Source: Octopus sinensis
Taxonomy: Eukaryota
NCBI RefSeq assembly: GCF_006345805.1
Contig: NC_043017.1
Span: 4,960,001 to 5,024,000 of the forward strand
Direction of reading: 5' to 3'
DNA length: 64,000 nt
Below the pieces are notes generated by a model. It was not told where the DNA came from, searched no databases, and saw only the letters and a list, made by a program, of their open reading frames with translations. Positions 1 through 12,608 of the stretch are shown in pieces; within the stretch, counting starts at the first letter, position 1; each line of letters starts with the position of its first letter. The position numbers and the translations under genes were made by a program.

Positions 1-31
1 AAGAAATATATATATAAAAAGAAAAACATGG

Positions 32-143
32 GAATGAGCATCTTGTGTCCCAACACCTAGAAACGGATGCGGCTGGTTTATTCCATGCTTCAACAATTCT
101 GAGCGTAGAGAAAATGTTTCCGAAAGTCATGGGAGCTGTGCTT
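32..143 (-). mobile_element. CR1-type LINE ORF2 C-terminal fragment
   Basis: Minus strand reads FSTLRIVEAWNKP...; similar to 37885-38070 and to the CR1 RV..WN.LP terminal motif. Confidence 0.55.
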
Positions 144-1102
144 CATCACCATCATCATCATGATTCAGTGTTTTAAATCTAGGTTTTGTCCCCGTTAATG
201 GGGGGTGGCCGGATCTGCTTCAATGCCATCGCAACTGAGGTAGGCAGGTGCAGCCCACCCCGACCTTTGAGCTGGCTGGTGCCCATTCTCCTTTGCTATC
301 ATGGGGCTTTTTTGGAGCTGGATTTTCTACAGGGAGCATCCCCTTGCTTACCCCCAACCTTAGTTTCTAGACATGAGTGGTCCCTAGTCCTTGGCCTCTA
401 CCACAATTTTTAAGAAATGTAGTGGAAAACTAGCTCAGGAAGGCAGGGACACTATTCCCTGAGACCCCTTTCAGAGATCCACCTCCCTTGTTTTTTGTTA
501 TTTTCTAAGCATGCCTATGAGCGTTGGACATTTGGACTTCAAAAAAAGGGGCCCAAGGTTGTTGTTTTAGCTCACCCTCCCCCATCCGTCCATAGTCCAG
601 CCTAGTGTCACAGAGAGACATGAGATGAGACGAGGCGAGACATAATTGTGTGTTCACAAGTGAGCCATTGTGTATTTGCTGTGGCCATATTTGAAGTGTC
701 TTGCATTAAAATGCAGGCAGACATGAATCTCTCTTTGTGGAAGGCGAGGAAGGAGAGGAAGCAAGAGAAGCAGTAAGAGAAACAATTAAATGGTTTTATA
801 TATATATATACCATCATTCAACATTTAACATCCGTCTTATATGACACACACAAACACATGCTTATATATGTATATTTTTATATGTACATGCACATATATA
901 TATATACACACACATAGCTACATATGCACATACACACACACATATGTACATAAACACATATATATATATACATACACACACACATATATATATATATATA
1001 TACAGATACACACAAAAACATATACACATACACACACATATACGTACATATACATATATATATATATTACTCATACACACACATAGATACATATACACAC
1101 AT

Positions 1103-1141
<39 letters not shown>

Positions 1142-1444
1142 AACATATATACATACATATATTCATATGCATAAATATATATACATACTGTGTGTGTGTG
1201 TGTATATACTACTAATATCCACACACACACACACCCATATACATACATACTTACATGAACCATTTCTGCTGTATGTATCAATCAAATATTAGACTTGCTT
1301 TTCCCATCAAATATTCTGACATAAATTCGTTTTAGTGTGCTTTTTTCTTTTTCTTTTTTTTTTCTATAATTGTCTTCATTTTCACTTTGGAAAGATAAAG
1401 CCATATTTTGATGCGCAAAGCATAAATTTTTTTTTTTCAATGAT

Positions 1445-2350
1445 CACAACCACCACCACCACCACCACCACCACCACCACCACCACCACCACAGACCGCC
1501 ACTACCACCACCACCACCACCACCACCACCACCACCACCACGCAACCACCCACCACCGCCACTACCACCACCACCACCACCACACCACCACCACCACCAC
1601 ATGCGCCACCCCATCGCCACCCACCCCCACCCACGCCACCTACCACCACCACCAACCACCACCACCCTCACACCACAACCACCACCACCACCCACCACCA
1701 CCACCAACCACCACCACCGCCCTACCACTACCACCACCACCACTTCCACCACCATCGCCACCACCACCATCGCCACCACCACCATCGCCACCCACCACCA
1801 CCATCGCCACCACCACCATCGCCACCACCACCACCACCACCATCATCATTACTTTCACTGCCATCGCTACCAACACGACCATTGCTGCTACTGCCACCCT
1901 CATGAACATCAGCCACACCCCCATCATCATCATCATCATCATCATCAATCATCTTCATCATCACCACTACCATTGCCTGTTTCACTATCATTGCTTTCAC
2001 ACCACCACCACCAGCTCTACCGCCGCCACCACCATCATCACACTGTTGCAGTTATCATCATCACTGTTACCCATCATCATCATCATCATCACTGCTGCTA
2101 CTATCGCCTTCATCATCATCGCCACCACTACCATCATCATCATCATCGCTATAAGCAACATCTTCATCATTACCATCACCACCACTCTATCATCATAAGC
2201 ACCGTCACCATTACCACCACTACAACCACCACCACCACCATTACTACTACCACCATCACCACCACCACCATTATCATTATCCTCATCAATCATCCTCATC
2301 AATCATCAGCATCATCTTCATCTTTACCACCACCACCATCGCCACCACCA
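1445..2350. repeat. (CAC)n/(CAT)n trinucleotide tract
   Basis: Directly visible; explains the poly-T/H/P/V/G ORFs. Confidence 0.95.
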
Positions 2351-2578
2351 CTGCCACGCAATTGTTGTTGCTGTTGTTGTTGCTGTTTACCAATTCCGTT
2401 TATTCAGCAACAACGAATCAGGCCATATTTATTGGGGGCCTGGGATGGGGACCAGGGGTGGGGAAGAGAGAGAGGGGAGTTGGGGGTTCCTGTTTTCCCT
2501 TTCTAACCCAGAAAACTACAAAATCATGTAAAATTTTATAATTTTGGTTTTATTTCGCTCGTTTTATTATTATTATTA

Positions 2579-2619
<41 letters not shown>

Positions 2620-2975
2620 TTATTTTATTTTATTTTAGTTTTTTGGTTTATTTATTTACTGGAATCTTTTGTCATGAAATTTAGTTTAAAGATCAGATTT
2701 TTCTAATTCTTATAACAAATTCTTTCAATACACACACACACAGACAGACACACGTATATGTACAGTGTGTGTGAATATTTTTAAGGGTGGAACCTTGCGG
2801 AACAGTCTTAAAAATTATATATGTATATATGAGTGTGTATGTGTGTGTGTGTTTTTATATTTGTATACACAATATACAATGAGTATGTAAATACACGTGT
2901 GTGTCTGCATAGGTGTACATATGCATGTGTATTTATGTGTGTGTGAGAGCATATATTTGTGTGTGCATATGTGTG

Positions 2976-3027
<52 letters not shown>

Positions 3028-3185
3028 CACACACATATATATATATAACATTACCATTATCAGCACCACCACAACCACACTTTATTGTATATGCTTATGT
3101 ATGTATGTATATATATATATATATATGCATGTTTGTGTATATGTGTATATCTATATATGTTGTATGTATATGTATTCGAGTGCAC

Positions 3186-3217
<32 letters not shown>

Positions 3218-3338
3218 GTTTGTGAGTGTATATATTTATATATATATGTATGTATGTGAGTGTATATATATATATATATATGTATGTGTGTATGTTTGTG
3301 AGTGTATATATTTATATATATATGTATGTATGTGAGTG

Positions 3339-3370
<32 letters not shown>

Positions 3371-3634
3371 AGTCTGTGTGTGTGTATATATGTGAGTGTA
3401 TATATTTATATATATATATATATATGTATGTATGTGGGTGTGTATATATATATATATATGTATATGTATGTATATAGTCACTTTTTCAGTATATTTTCAA
3501 TGAAATTTATTATATTATTCTTACCTTTAATTTAAATTTCTTCTTTAATAGTTTTTTCTTTCCTTTTTGCATTTATTGGCAAAATGAAAGTCTTAATTTT
3601 CCTCCAAGAATCCTTTCAATTCGTGTTTGATCTT

Positions 3635-3659
3635 CGCCATCTTTTACCAAAAACTTCCG
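3635..3659. promoter_or_regulatory. YY1-type (CGCCATCTT) and ETS-type (ACTTCCG) motif pair, possible promoter
   Basis: Exact CGCCATNTT at 3635-3643 and ACTTCCG at 3653-3659 in a locally CpG-richer unique stretch; motif match only. Confidence 0.2.
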
Positions 3660-3949
3660 TCTAAGCTAAGACAACGTTAATTTAACATCATTCTCCTTTT
3701 TTCTTCCCCCCCTCTCGGTCCTCCTCCTTACGCCTCACCCAACTGACCCACCCGACAATACATCAAAGCTAATCCTTTAAATAAATAAATGCAACATCAG
3801 CAACAACAACAACAGCAGCAATAAACACCAGCAAATAACATCCGGGAGGAAACGATTTTTATTAATCTCTCCATTGTTGAAGAATACAAGGGAGAAGGAA
3901 ACAGTTTGCAAAATTCAACCTTTTTTTTTCTAATTTGTCAGATTCTAAT

Positions 3950-4605
3950 TACTTCTTCTTGTTTTTTTCCCAGTTTTTCTTCTTCTTCATTCTCTTCTTT
4001 CAATTCTACTTCTTTCAGTTTTTCTTCTTCTGTTCCTCTTTCTTCTTCTTCTTCTTCTTCTTCTTCTTCTTCTTCTTCTTCTTCTCTTCTTCTTCTTCTT
4101 CCAGTTCTTCTTCTTCTTCTCTTCTTTCTTCTTCTCTTCATCTTCTTCTTCTTCTTCTTCTCCTCCTTCCCGTCTTCTTCTTCTTCTTCTTCTGCTCCTC
4201 CTTCTTCTACTTCTTCTCCTTCTTCTTCTTCTTCTTCTTCTTCTAGTTCTTCTTCTTCTCCTTCTTCTTCTTCTTCTTCTTCTTCTTCTCCTTCTTCTTC
4301 TTCTTCTTCTTCTTCTTCTTCTTCTTCTTCTTCTTCTCTTCTTCTTCTTCTTCTTCTCTTTCTTCTTCTTCTTCTTCTTCTTCTTCTTCTTCTTCGTCTT
4401 CCAATTCCTCCTCCTCCTCTTACTTCTTCTTCTTTCAATTCCTCCCCCTCCTCCGCCTCCTCTTTCTTCTTCTTCTTCTTTCAATTCCTCTCCTCTTCTT
4501 CTTCTTCTTCCCATCCCTCCCCCTACACAATACAATATCTTCCTCCGCCTCCTCTTTCTTCTTCTTCTTTCAATTCCTCTCTCTTCTTCTTTTCTTCTTC
4601 TTCCC
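3950..4605. repeat. (TTC)n polypyrimidine tract, ~650 bp
   Basis: Directly visible. Confidence 0.95.
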
Positions 4606-5059
4606 ATCCCCCCCCCTACACAATGCAATATCTCTTACTTTAATGCCTCAATTGTCTGCCTTTAATACCAATTTCTCCTCCCCCCTTTTATACTGCCCCA
4701 CCCTTCCTTCCGCGCTCTCCCCTTCCTGTGGATTTCTTTGTTCTCCCTTTCAAACATTATAATCTTATTTACAAAACAATTTTATTCTCCAATATTCTAA
4801 GACTACAACAGTTTGGAATTGTTACTATGACTACAAAATAACAAGTTTTTGAAGATTTTGTAACTTGAGTTTACCATTCTTTGCTGTCACTGTCAGCGTT
4901 GTTGTTGTTGTCATCACTTTCTTATTTGTCATCATCATCACCACCATCAACCCTATTGTCATCATCACAATCATTCGCATCATTTCCATCATTCCCCATC
5001 ATCATCACTATCATTATTATTATTATCATCATAACAATGATATCTCTTTTCATGTTACC

Positions 5060-5072
5060 ATGGCGATGACAG
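5060..5072 (+). CDS. Candidate short start exon MAMT(D), phase 1
   Basis: accATGG context and ACAG|gtgtgc donor; the phase matches the 6070 acceptor. The donor is weak and the real upstream exon may lie outside the window. Confidence 0.15.
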
Positions 5073-5138
5073 GTGTGCAATATAGAAGACTCCCACACAC
5101 CTACACAACAACAACAACAACAACAATGATGATGATAA

Positions 5139-5169
<31 letters not shown>

Positions 5170-5396
5170 AATAATAATCCTTTTTACTAAAGGTACACAG
5201 CCTGGAATTTTGGGGGAGGGAATTAGTTGATTACATTGACCCTAGTGTATCACTGGTACAGTAGAACCTTGCAGTATGAGTAATTTGTTGTATGAGCTGA
5301 GACTTGTGCGGATTTTTGTCTTGAAGTACAAGCAGGAACCCGCAGTACGAGAAAAACAAAGGGGTCCCAACTTTAAGGCAATTCAGTTAATAAAAC

Positions 5397-5699
5397 CAGT
5401 TTACTCTTTACTCTCTTTTATTTGTTTCAGTCATGTGACTGTGGCCATGCTGGAGCACCGCCTTTAGTCGAGCAAATCGACCCCAGGACTCATTCTTTGT
5501 AAGCCTAGTACCTATTCTATTGGTCTCTTTTGCCAAACCGTTAAGCTACGGGGACGTAAATACATCAGCATCGGTTGTCAAGCGATGTTGGGGGGACCAA
5601 ACACAGACACACAAACACACACACATATATACATATACATATATACGATGGGCTTCTTTCAGTTTCCGTCTACCAAATCCACTCACAAGGCTTTGGTCG
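5397..5699 (-). mobile_element. tRNA-derived SINE family A, 5'-truncated copy
   Basis: Matches the body and (AAAAGAGT)n-type tail of the full-length copies at 19548, 25439 and 41908. Confidence 0.85.
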
Positions 5700-5867
5700 C
5701 TTTGTCTATATGGCACAGGCAGAGGCGTGGCTGTGTGGGGAGAAGTTTGCCTCCTGGTCATATGGACTTGGGTTTAATCCTACAATGTGGCACCTTGGGA
5801 AAGTGTTTCCTATAGCTGCTAGCTGACCAAAGCATTATGAGTGGATTTGGTAGATGGAAGATACTAT

Positions 5868-5940
5868 GAGTCGGAGTCGGTATTGTTTTACTGACTCCGA
5901 CTCCAGCTACCCCTTAATTGGTTCCGACTCCACAGCACTG
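5868..5940. mobile_element. Remnant end of a hAT-like MITE with GGAGTC/GACTCC subterminal repeats
   Basis: gagtcggagtcgg...ctgactccgactc inverted motifs, ending ccgactccacagcactg. Confidence 0.45.
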
Positions 5941-6069
5941 GTTCGAACATAGAACAGGTAGAATATTTGGACCAGATATAACTGGATTAAGCACTAAAGC
6001 GTTAACCATAATAAAAACAATAACAACAACGACAACAATAATAATTGTAATTTATTTCATTTCTTCCAG

Positions 6070-6173
6070 ATTCTTCTAATGAGAAATTTTCCAATGACAG
6101 GCGTGGTAGCATGCCACTGGTTCCTTCTGTTGATGGTGGCAATATGGAAATGGGAACTACTTCCAAGCTAGCA
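6070..6173 (+). CDS. DAB2IP/RASAL2-like: Internal coding exon of a SynGAP/DAB2IP/RASAL2 (nGAP)-family RasGAP; phase 1 in, phase 0 out; (D)SSNEKFSNDRRGSMPLVPSVDGGNMEMGTTSKLA
   Basis: Acceptor tttatttcatttcttccag|A and donor GCA|gtaagta. Only one frame is open through the exon. The peptide resembles the segment (recalled as D-S-x-EK...RRGS-x-P...TS(R/K)) that precedes the FFSK..LKRTKS motif in invertebrate nGAP/raskol proteins. It joins in phase to 47009. Confidence 0.85.
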
Positions 6174-6810
6174 GTAAGTAATAAATTTCAACTTACCCAT
6201 AAACTAAGTTGTACTGTCTATTAGTCGTAAGATACCCGCTGTTTTTGTCCTGTTTTTACTATTATTGTTTTTTGTATTTTATATTCGTGTGGCATTGTCC
6301 GTTTTTCTGTCCTTGTTTCATATACATTCAATCCTTTTTCCAAGAAATCTAATGCTCACAGCTTAGTTTTTCCTTGGGGCTGGCTGGATCGGAGCGATAT
6401 CAGGATTAATCAGCTGAAATTGCTAGGATGATCTGGTTCTTGACTGAAGATTGAAGGCTTCGAATGTCCCGTCCATGTTTTTGTATCGTCTTCTAAATGT
6501 TTTGCGTTCTTGTCCCAGTTTGTATTTTTTTACATATATATATATATAATCATATCAAAGGGAAATGGAAATTAATTAAAATTTACATTTCCAGTGGTCT
6601 AACGTGTAAAAAATTTAGTCCAAAAGACTATATATTAGTTATACGATATAGTGTATATTTAAACTAGATGGTAAAATGTTTTTATTTTTCATTTCGTTCC
6701 TGTCAAATTTTATCCCTAATTTTTGTGGTTATAGAACCTAGCTGTTCTTTCTGGCGTGTTGAATTCCTATAAGTGGATTCCTCATGTGTTTAAATATACA
6801 CTATATCGTA

Positions 6811-6852
<42 letters not shown>

Positions 6853-7464
6853 ACATACATTTTTCATTGTATTGTGTATTTGCATCTTTGATTTATTATT
6901 GATCTTCTGTAATAATGAAGCTGTGTCCCTTAATTTGCTGCTTTTGTATACACATGTCGATAAGAAAACTTGCAGAACAGACGTTATTTTAATGAGATGC
7001 ATCTTGTAAATTGCTATTTAATCTATTAAGCTTAATTGAAACAGCTGTAAGGTACTATGTTTGATTTTTGCAAATAATACATTTTTATTAAAAGTTATAT
7101 TTCCATTTTCTTAATTTCTTTTGAATGATTATATATGATTATATATACATATATATATATATATTTGAAAAGACACGTCACGCTAAATAAAAGCATGGTT
7201 GCCTGCTGAGCATCCCTAATCTTGCACCCATACCATTGTTGCGTAAAAGCACCCAGTACACTCTGTAAAGTGGTTGGTGTTAGGAAGGTCATCCAACTGT
7301 AGAAACCAGGCCAAAAACAGACAGGGTGCCTAAACATCCCTTCAGCTGATCAGCTTCAGTCAAACCATCCAGCCTATGCCAGCATGGAAAATGGACATTA
7401 AATAATGATGATGATGATGATATTTGACTATTTTGAACCACTCTTCTTTTCTTTAACAAGTTTA

Positions 7465-7900
7465 AACTATGTTAATTTAAACTAATTTTAATGAGTTTAT
7501 ACCGTAATTATATAAACTGGTTTTAACAAGTTAAAACTGAAATGATTTAAACTGTGTTGATTTAAACTGGTTTTAACAAGCTTAAACTGGTGTTAGCAGA
7601 GTTAAACTGTGATAATTTAAACTTGTTTAACAAGTTAAAACTGAAATGATTTAAACTGGTTTTAACAAGCTTAAACTGGTGTTAGCAGGGTTAAACTGTG
7701 ATAATTTAAACTGGTTTTAACAAGTTAAAACTGAAATGATTTAAACTGAATGATTTAAACTAGTTTCAACAGGTTTAAATTGTGACAATTTGAATTGGTT
7801 TTAACAAGTTGAAACTTGGACAATTTTAAACTCATTGACTTGAGATTCAAGCTGCAAAAATATATAAAACTGCTTCTAACCGGTTTAAACTGCCAATGAT
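7465..7900. repeat. AT-rich minisatellite (15-20-bp TTAAACTG-based units) with a ~90-bp higher-order block
   Basis: ttaaactggttttaacaagcttaaactggtgttagcag.. recurs at ~7562 and ~7651. Confidence 0.85.
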
Positions 7901-8364
7901 TTAAATGATCTCATTGGAATTTTTCAGAAGTATTTCACACTTATTTCTCCATGTTCACATAAGTGGAGAGGGTGTTTGCATCGTGATAATCTTGATGTCC
8001 TTCCTCCTGCAGACCACTTAAACGTGAAGTAGTCGGAAGAACCTCTTTCTTTTAGTCAGAGAAACTGCAACAAGCGGAGATGTTCTGTGCACATATTACT
8101 GAAAGGCAGGGATAAAAATCACAGTATTAAATGACATTTTGTTGTTGTTCATATTGATGTTATTTAACACTTGTGGCACAGGCCGAGGCGTGGCTGTGTG
8201 GGGAGAAGTTTGCCTCCCGGTCATATGGCCTTGGGTTCAATCCCACAATGTGGCACCTTGGGAAAGTGTTTTATACTGCTGCTAACTGACCAAAGCATTA
8301 CGAGTGGATTTGGTAGTTGGAAGCTGAAAAATCCCTGTATGTGTGTATATATATATATATATAT

Positions 8365-8592
8365 ATTTCTTTATTGCCCACAAGGGGCTAAACATAAAGG
8401 GGACAAACAAGGACAGACGAAGGGATTAAGTTGATTACATCGACCTCCAGTGAGAAACTGGTACTTTATTTATCAACCCCGAAAGGATGAAAGGCAAAGT
8501 CGACCTTGGCGGAATTTGAACTCAGAATGTAACGACAGACGAAATACGGCTACGCATTTTGTCCGGCGCGCTAACGTTTCTGCCAGCTCACC
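8365..8592 (-). mobile_element. tRNA-derived SINE family B (GGCGGCGAGCTGGCAGAAACGTTAGC head; CCTTTCATCCTTTCGGGGTCGAT core)
   Basis: A/B-box-like head; the core is repeated at >10 sites in the window and resembles the domain of MetaSINE/Sauria-type SINEs (recalled). Confidence 0.85.
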
Positions 8593-9359
8593 TATATATA
8601 TATATATAGTAACTATAGTAACAAGCTTAGGAAAGGAATTCTTTCAAAGCAGTCTGTAAAACATCCAATTCACTGGTATGTTGGTTGAATACCTCATAAA
8701 TATGGGTATAATGCAAATTATAGATCAATTAAATAGAGAGATTTATTTGACAATCCAGTAATTTATTTATATTATAATATAGGCGTAGGAGTGGCTGTGT
8801 AGTAAGAAGCTTGCTTACAAACCACATGGTTCCAGGTTCAGTTCCATAGAATAAGAGATCAATAGAACAGGTACAAGGCTTATAAAATAAGTATCGAGAT
8901 CAAATTGTTTGACTAAACCCTTCAAAGCAGTGCCCCAACATGCTCACAGTCCAAAGACTAAACAAATAAAATCTAAGAGATTTCAGTAATGATCTTCAAT
9001 CTCTTTTGGTATTTTCTGTAAGACATGTTGCTTCGATCAACTTTACATATCTTAACAGAAGATAGTTCCAGACATGACATTCCTCAGCAAAAGTTAGAAT
9101 GATACATAAAACTGTTTTCTGCAGTTAAGGATAATAAAATTTTGATTGGTTAATATCTGGTTTCCGCAGTAAAAGGGTGAAACTTGATGCATTTTTAGCT
9201 TATAGAAAATTATTTAGATTTTGTCTTCCCTATGAGAAATGGTTGGAGTAGAAACAATTGGACCTTAGTAGATTACTGGTTATTTATTGATTTTTTTTAA
9301 AAAACAAAATCTTATAATTTTAAACTATTCTAAGGCATTACTCAACATGATGTTCCTTC

Positions 9360-9598
9360 TGGAGGCTTGCCAGGCTCATAAGGGCTGGTTTCCCAGTTTC
9401 AGTGGAGGAGAAATTCCCCACCTGGACGAGACGCCAGTCCATCGCCGGATTACTCATTTTTGCTAGCTGAGTGGACTGGAGCAACATGAAATGAAGTGTT
9501 TTGCTCAAGAACATAACGTATTGCCCGGTCCAGGAATCGAAACCACAACCTTACGATTATGAGTTCAACACCCTAACCACTAAGCCACACGCCTCCAC
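9360..9598 (-). mobile_element. tRNA-derived SINE family C (CORE-like plus V-like GCGATGGACTGGCG..GTCCAGG segment)
   Basis: tRNA-like head GGAGGCGTGTGGCTTAGTGGTTAGG...GTTTCGATTCC; related copies at 13900-14133, 18907-19206 and 46535-46822. Confidence 0.8.
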
Positions 9599-9767
9599 TA
9601 CTCAACAAGATGTTGTAAGCATAATTTCATTTCCTTGAGTGGTTAAGTGGCTCTTTTATAACCATATGGTTTTGAGTTCAATTCCAGTGTGTGGTGCCCT
9701 GCAGAAGCATCTTCTACTATTAACCATTCAATATATATAAAAAATAAATTTTTATAATAAAATATTA

Positions 9768-10156
9768 CGAGCAGTATTGCCCGGCATTGCTCGGGTTTGT
9801 TTCGACCCATTAGAATTGGAATTTTTGAAAAGAAAAAATTTTGCATTATGTAGCTTGTTATTCTCTTTAAGTGAACATTTCTGGTTGAAATACACCAAAA
9901 AAATGGCGACACAGCAGTCAAATAGTCGTAAAAAATAGGGATTTTCATAGAAAAAAAGCATCTTTTTGATGTAAATAATTTTTGGTGTTAACAAGGTCCA
10001 ATTTGAATTTTTTCTTCTACGGAAGGAAGAGCAAGCCTTCTTCTATCATGCTCTCAATTTTGGTCAACTTGCGCCGCAGGGTCTCAGAGGAGATAGTGTT
10101 AGTTGAAGGCTACCAAGCCTGCCATACACAGACAACTTCAGCTTTATATAGAGAGA
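9768..10156 (-). mobile_element. Non-autonomous Helitron (~390 bp)
   Basis: Minus strand begins A|TC and ends CTCG|T (CTRR variant), with a 16-nt hairpin CCCGAGCAATGCCGGG ~12 nt from the 3' end; AT target site. Confidence 0.75.
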
Positions 10157-10242
10157 TTAGGAATTGTATAAAAAAAATGAAAATATTTTGTGCATTGAAG
10201 TAAAAGCAATTTATTGCTCATAAATTTTAACAATGAAATCTT

Positions 10243-10310
10243 ATATGGACCTCCCAATGGCCATATGGACCCCCAATGGCCATATGGACACCCAATGGCC
10301 ATATGGACCT
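10243..10310. repeat. 19-20-bp tandem repeat, ~3.5 copies (ATATGGAC-N-CCCAATGGCC)
   Basis: atatggac at 10243, 10263, 10282 and 10301. Confidence 0.9.
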
Positions 10311-10650
10311 CAGGTGAGAAGCTCTACTTTAGAGAGATGATTCTGTACAAAACTGAAGCTTTTAATCATGTTCTTTATAACCTGTATCAGTCACCGTATG
10401 ACTGGTATCTTGCTAAACTAAAGCATTTGTTAACATCTGCTTTTGTTTATGTGAATTACTTCCCAATATATTTAATGTGTCTGGAGACTTACATTACCTC
10501 TGTGTGTGTGTGTGTGGATGCATATTTATTAGTGCGTGTGAGTATTTGTGGCAAGGTCTAGAGATACATTAGTCATATTGCACATGCAAACATACATATA
10601 CATGTGTGTGTGTGTATGTATGCATATATGTATGCATGTGTGTATATATC

Positions 10651-10706
<56 letters not shown>

Positions 10707-11221
10707 CTTGATATATATATTCATAAATGTATAAGTATGTACATAACTGTGTGTACACACACACCTAATTTCAATATTGTATATATATATATATATGTAT
10801 GTATATAATATACACACACACACACAATATATATCTGTGTGCGTACGTATATATATACATACACACACATACCTACTTTCAATATTGTATTTGTGTGTAT
10901 ATATATATGTACGTGTGTGAGTGTGTATATCTACAGACACATTTACATGCATACATACATGTATAAACAATACATATTCTTATCAGTGCTTCTGCCCCAC
11001 TACCTCTCTTACCATTTTATTTTCTCTTTTTCTCTTCTCATTTTCCTCTCCCTCTCTCACCCTCTACCTCTCTCTCTCTCTCTCTCTCGCTCCCTGCCCC
11101 TCCCATCGGCTCTTTCATTGTTTACATGTAACCAAAGACATCTTAAAGGCAAAGATGCTTCTTGCAACGAAAATATACATCCTCTTCAAACTAATATACA
11201 CACACTGTCAAAGAGGCTGCT

Positions 11222-11251
11222 ATGGGCAACAACACAACTGTAGAACTTAAG
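11222..11251 (+). CDS. Candidate alternative first coding exon MGNNTTVELK (phase 0)
   Basis: gctATGG context and AAG|gtaaag donor in unique sequence; phase-compatible with 47009. Confidence 0.25.
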
Positions 11252-12064
11252 GTAAAGTGAAACCAATAATACCGTTGATGATGATGATGAAGATGATGAT
11301 GATAGATCCCCCCGCCTCCCCCTTACTCCGATTCTCATCATCTTAAACTAGCATCTCTATTAACATAAATGCTCCCCGCTCCCCCAACCCCACCCACCTC
11401 CAGTGTTTTCTTGACAAAGTGATTTGTTTATTGTTTTTTGTTGCTCTTAAATGTTTCTGATAGCATTAGATATTACGTTTATGCTGTTTTTGTTATTATC
11501 GTTGTTCTTGTTGTTGCTGTTGTTGTTGTCGTTGTCGTTGAGTCTAACAGATCTTTGTGTTTTAAACTTCGGCAGGAATATTGGTAAATGAAAGACATTG
11601 ATATATATATACATATATATATATATAATATATATATATTATAATATAATAAATATTAGGGAATAATTAGGGAAGATTGTCGATCAAGACAAGAAACAAT
11701 TGTTGTAGTGGCGGTTTTTTTTTGACTATTTATTAAAATTTTTGTATGATTGATTAAGTCTTTCCTTGTTTGTTTTGCAAAATAGTGGTTTTGTCTCTAA
11801 TAATATTTTATATATATATAATATATATATATATGTATGTATATATATATATGTATGTATACATATATAGTATGTGTATAATATTATGTATGTATACATA
11901 TATATGTATGTATACATATATATGTATGTATACTTATATATGTATGTATACATATATATGTATATATACATTAATGTATATATACATATAATATATATAT
12001 ACATATATATGTATATATACATATATATACATAGATATATATATATATATATATATATTATAAT

Positions 12065-12098
<34 letters not shown>

Positions 12099-12334
12099 CA
12101 TACATATATATACATATATACACATATATATAAATAAATAAATACACCACGTGTATGTGCGTGTGTGTATGCTTGCATGCATGTTTGTGTGTGTATGTGT
12201 AAATAATGTGATGTGGGAGAGATAAAATTTTATATATATATTTGTTTATTTGTATTTAGTGTATGCACAGTTCTGAAGAATGTGTGTGTATATACATACA
12301 TACACACACACACTCACACACACATGCACACACA

Positions 12335-12549
12335 TGAGGGAGCGCTGAAAAGTTCCTGTCTTTGGGTAACAGAAATACAGGAGGACCAGTTAATTATGAT
12401 TTTATTCAGCATATTCCCCTCTCAGATTCACACACTTTTTGCAGTGGTCCTTCAGTTTTTCTAAGCCCTTAAAAGAACTTGGAATGTTGGGCCTTCAACT
12501 TGGCCTTTTGCTATACCCTTAAAGCCAGGAACTATTCAGCACCCCCTCA
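12335..12549. mobile_element. Mariner-type MITE (215 bp, ~29-bp TIRs)
   Basis: TGAGGGAGCGCTGAAAAGTTCCTGTCTTT ... AAAGCCAGGAACTATTCAGCACCCCCTCA|TA; second decayed copy at 43922-44128. Confidence 0.85.
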
Positions 12550-12577
12550 TATGTCTATGTGTGTGTGTATGTGTGTG

Positions 12578-12608
<31 letters not shown>

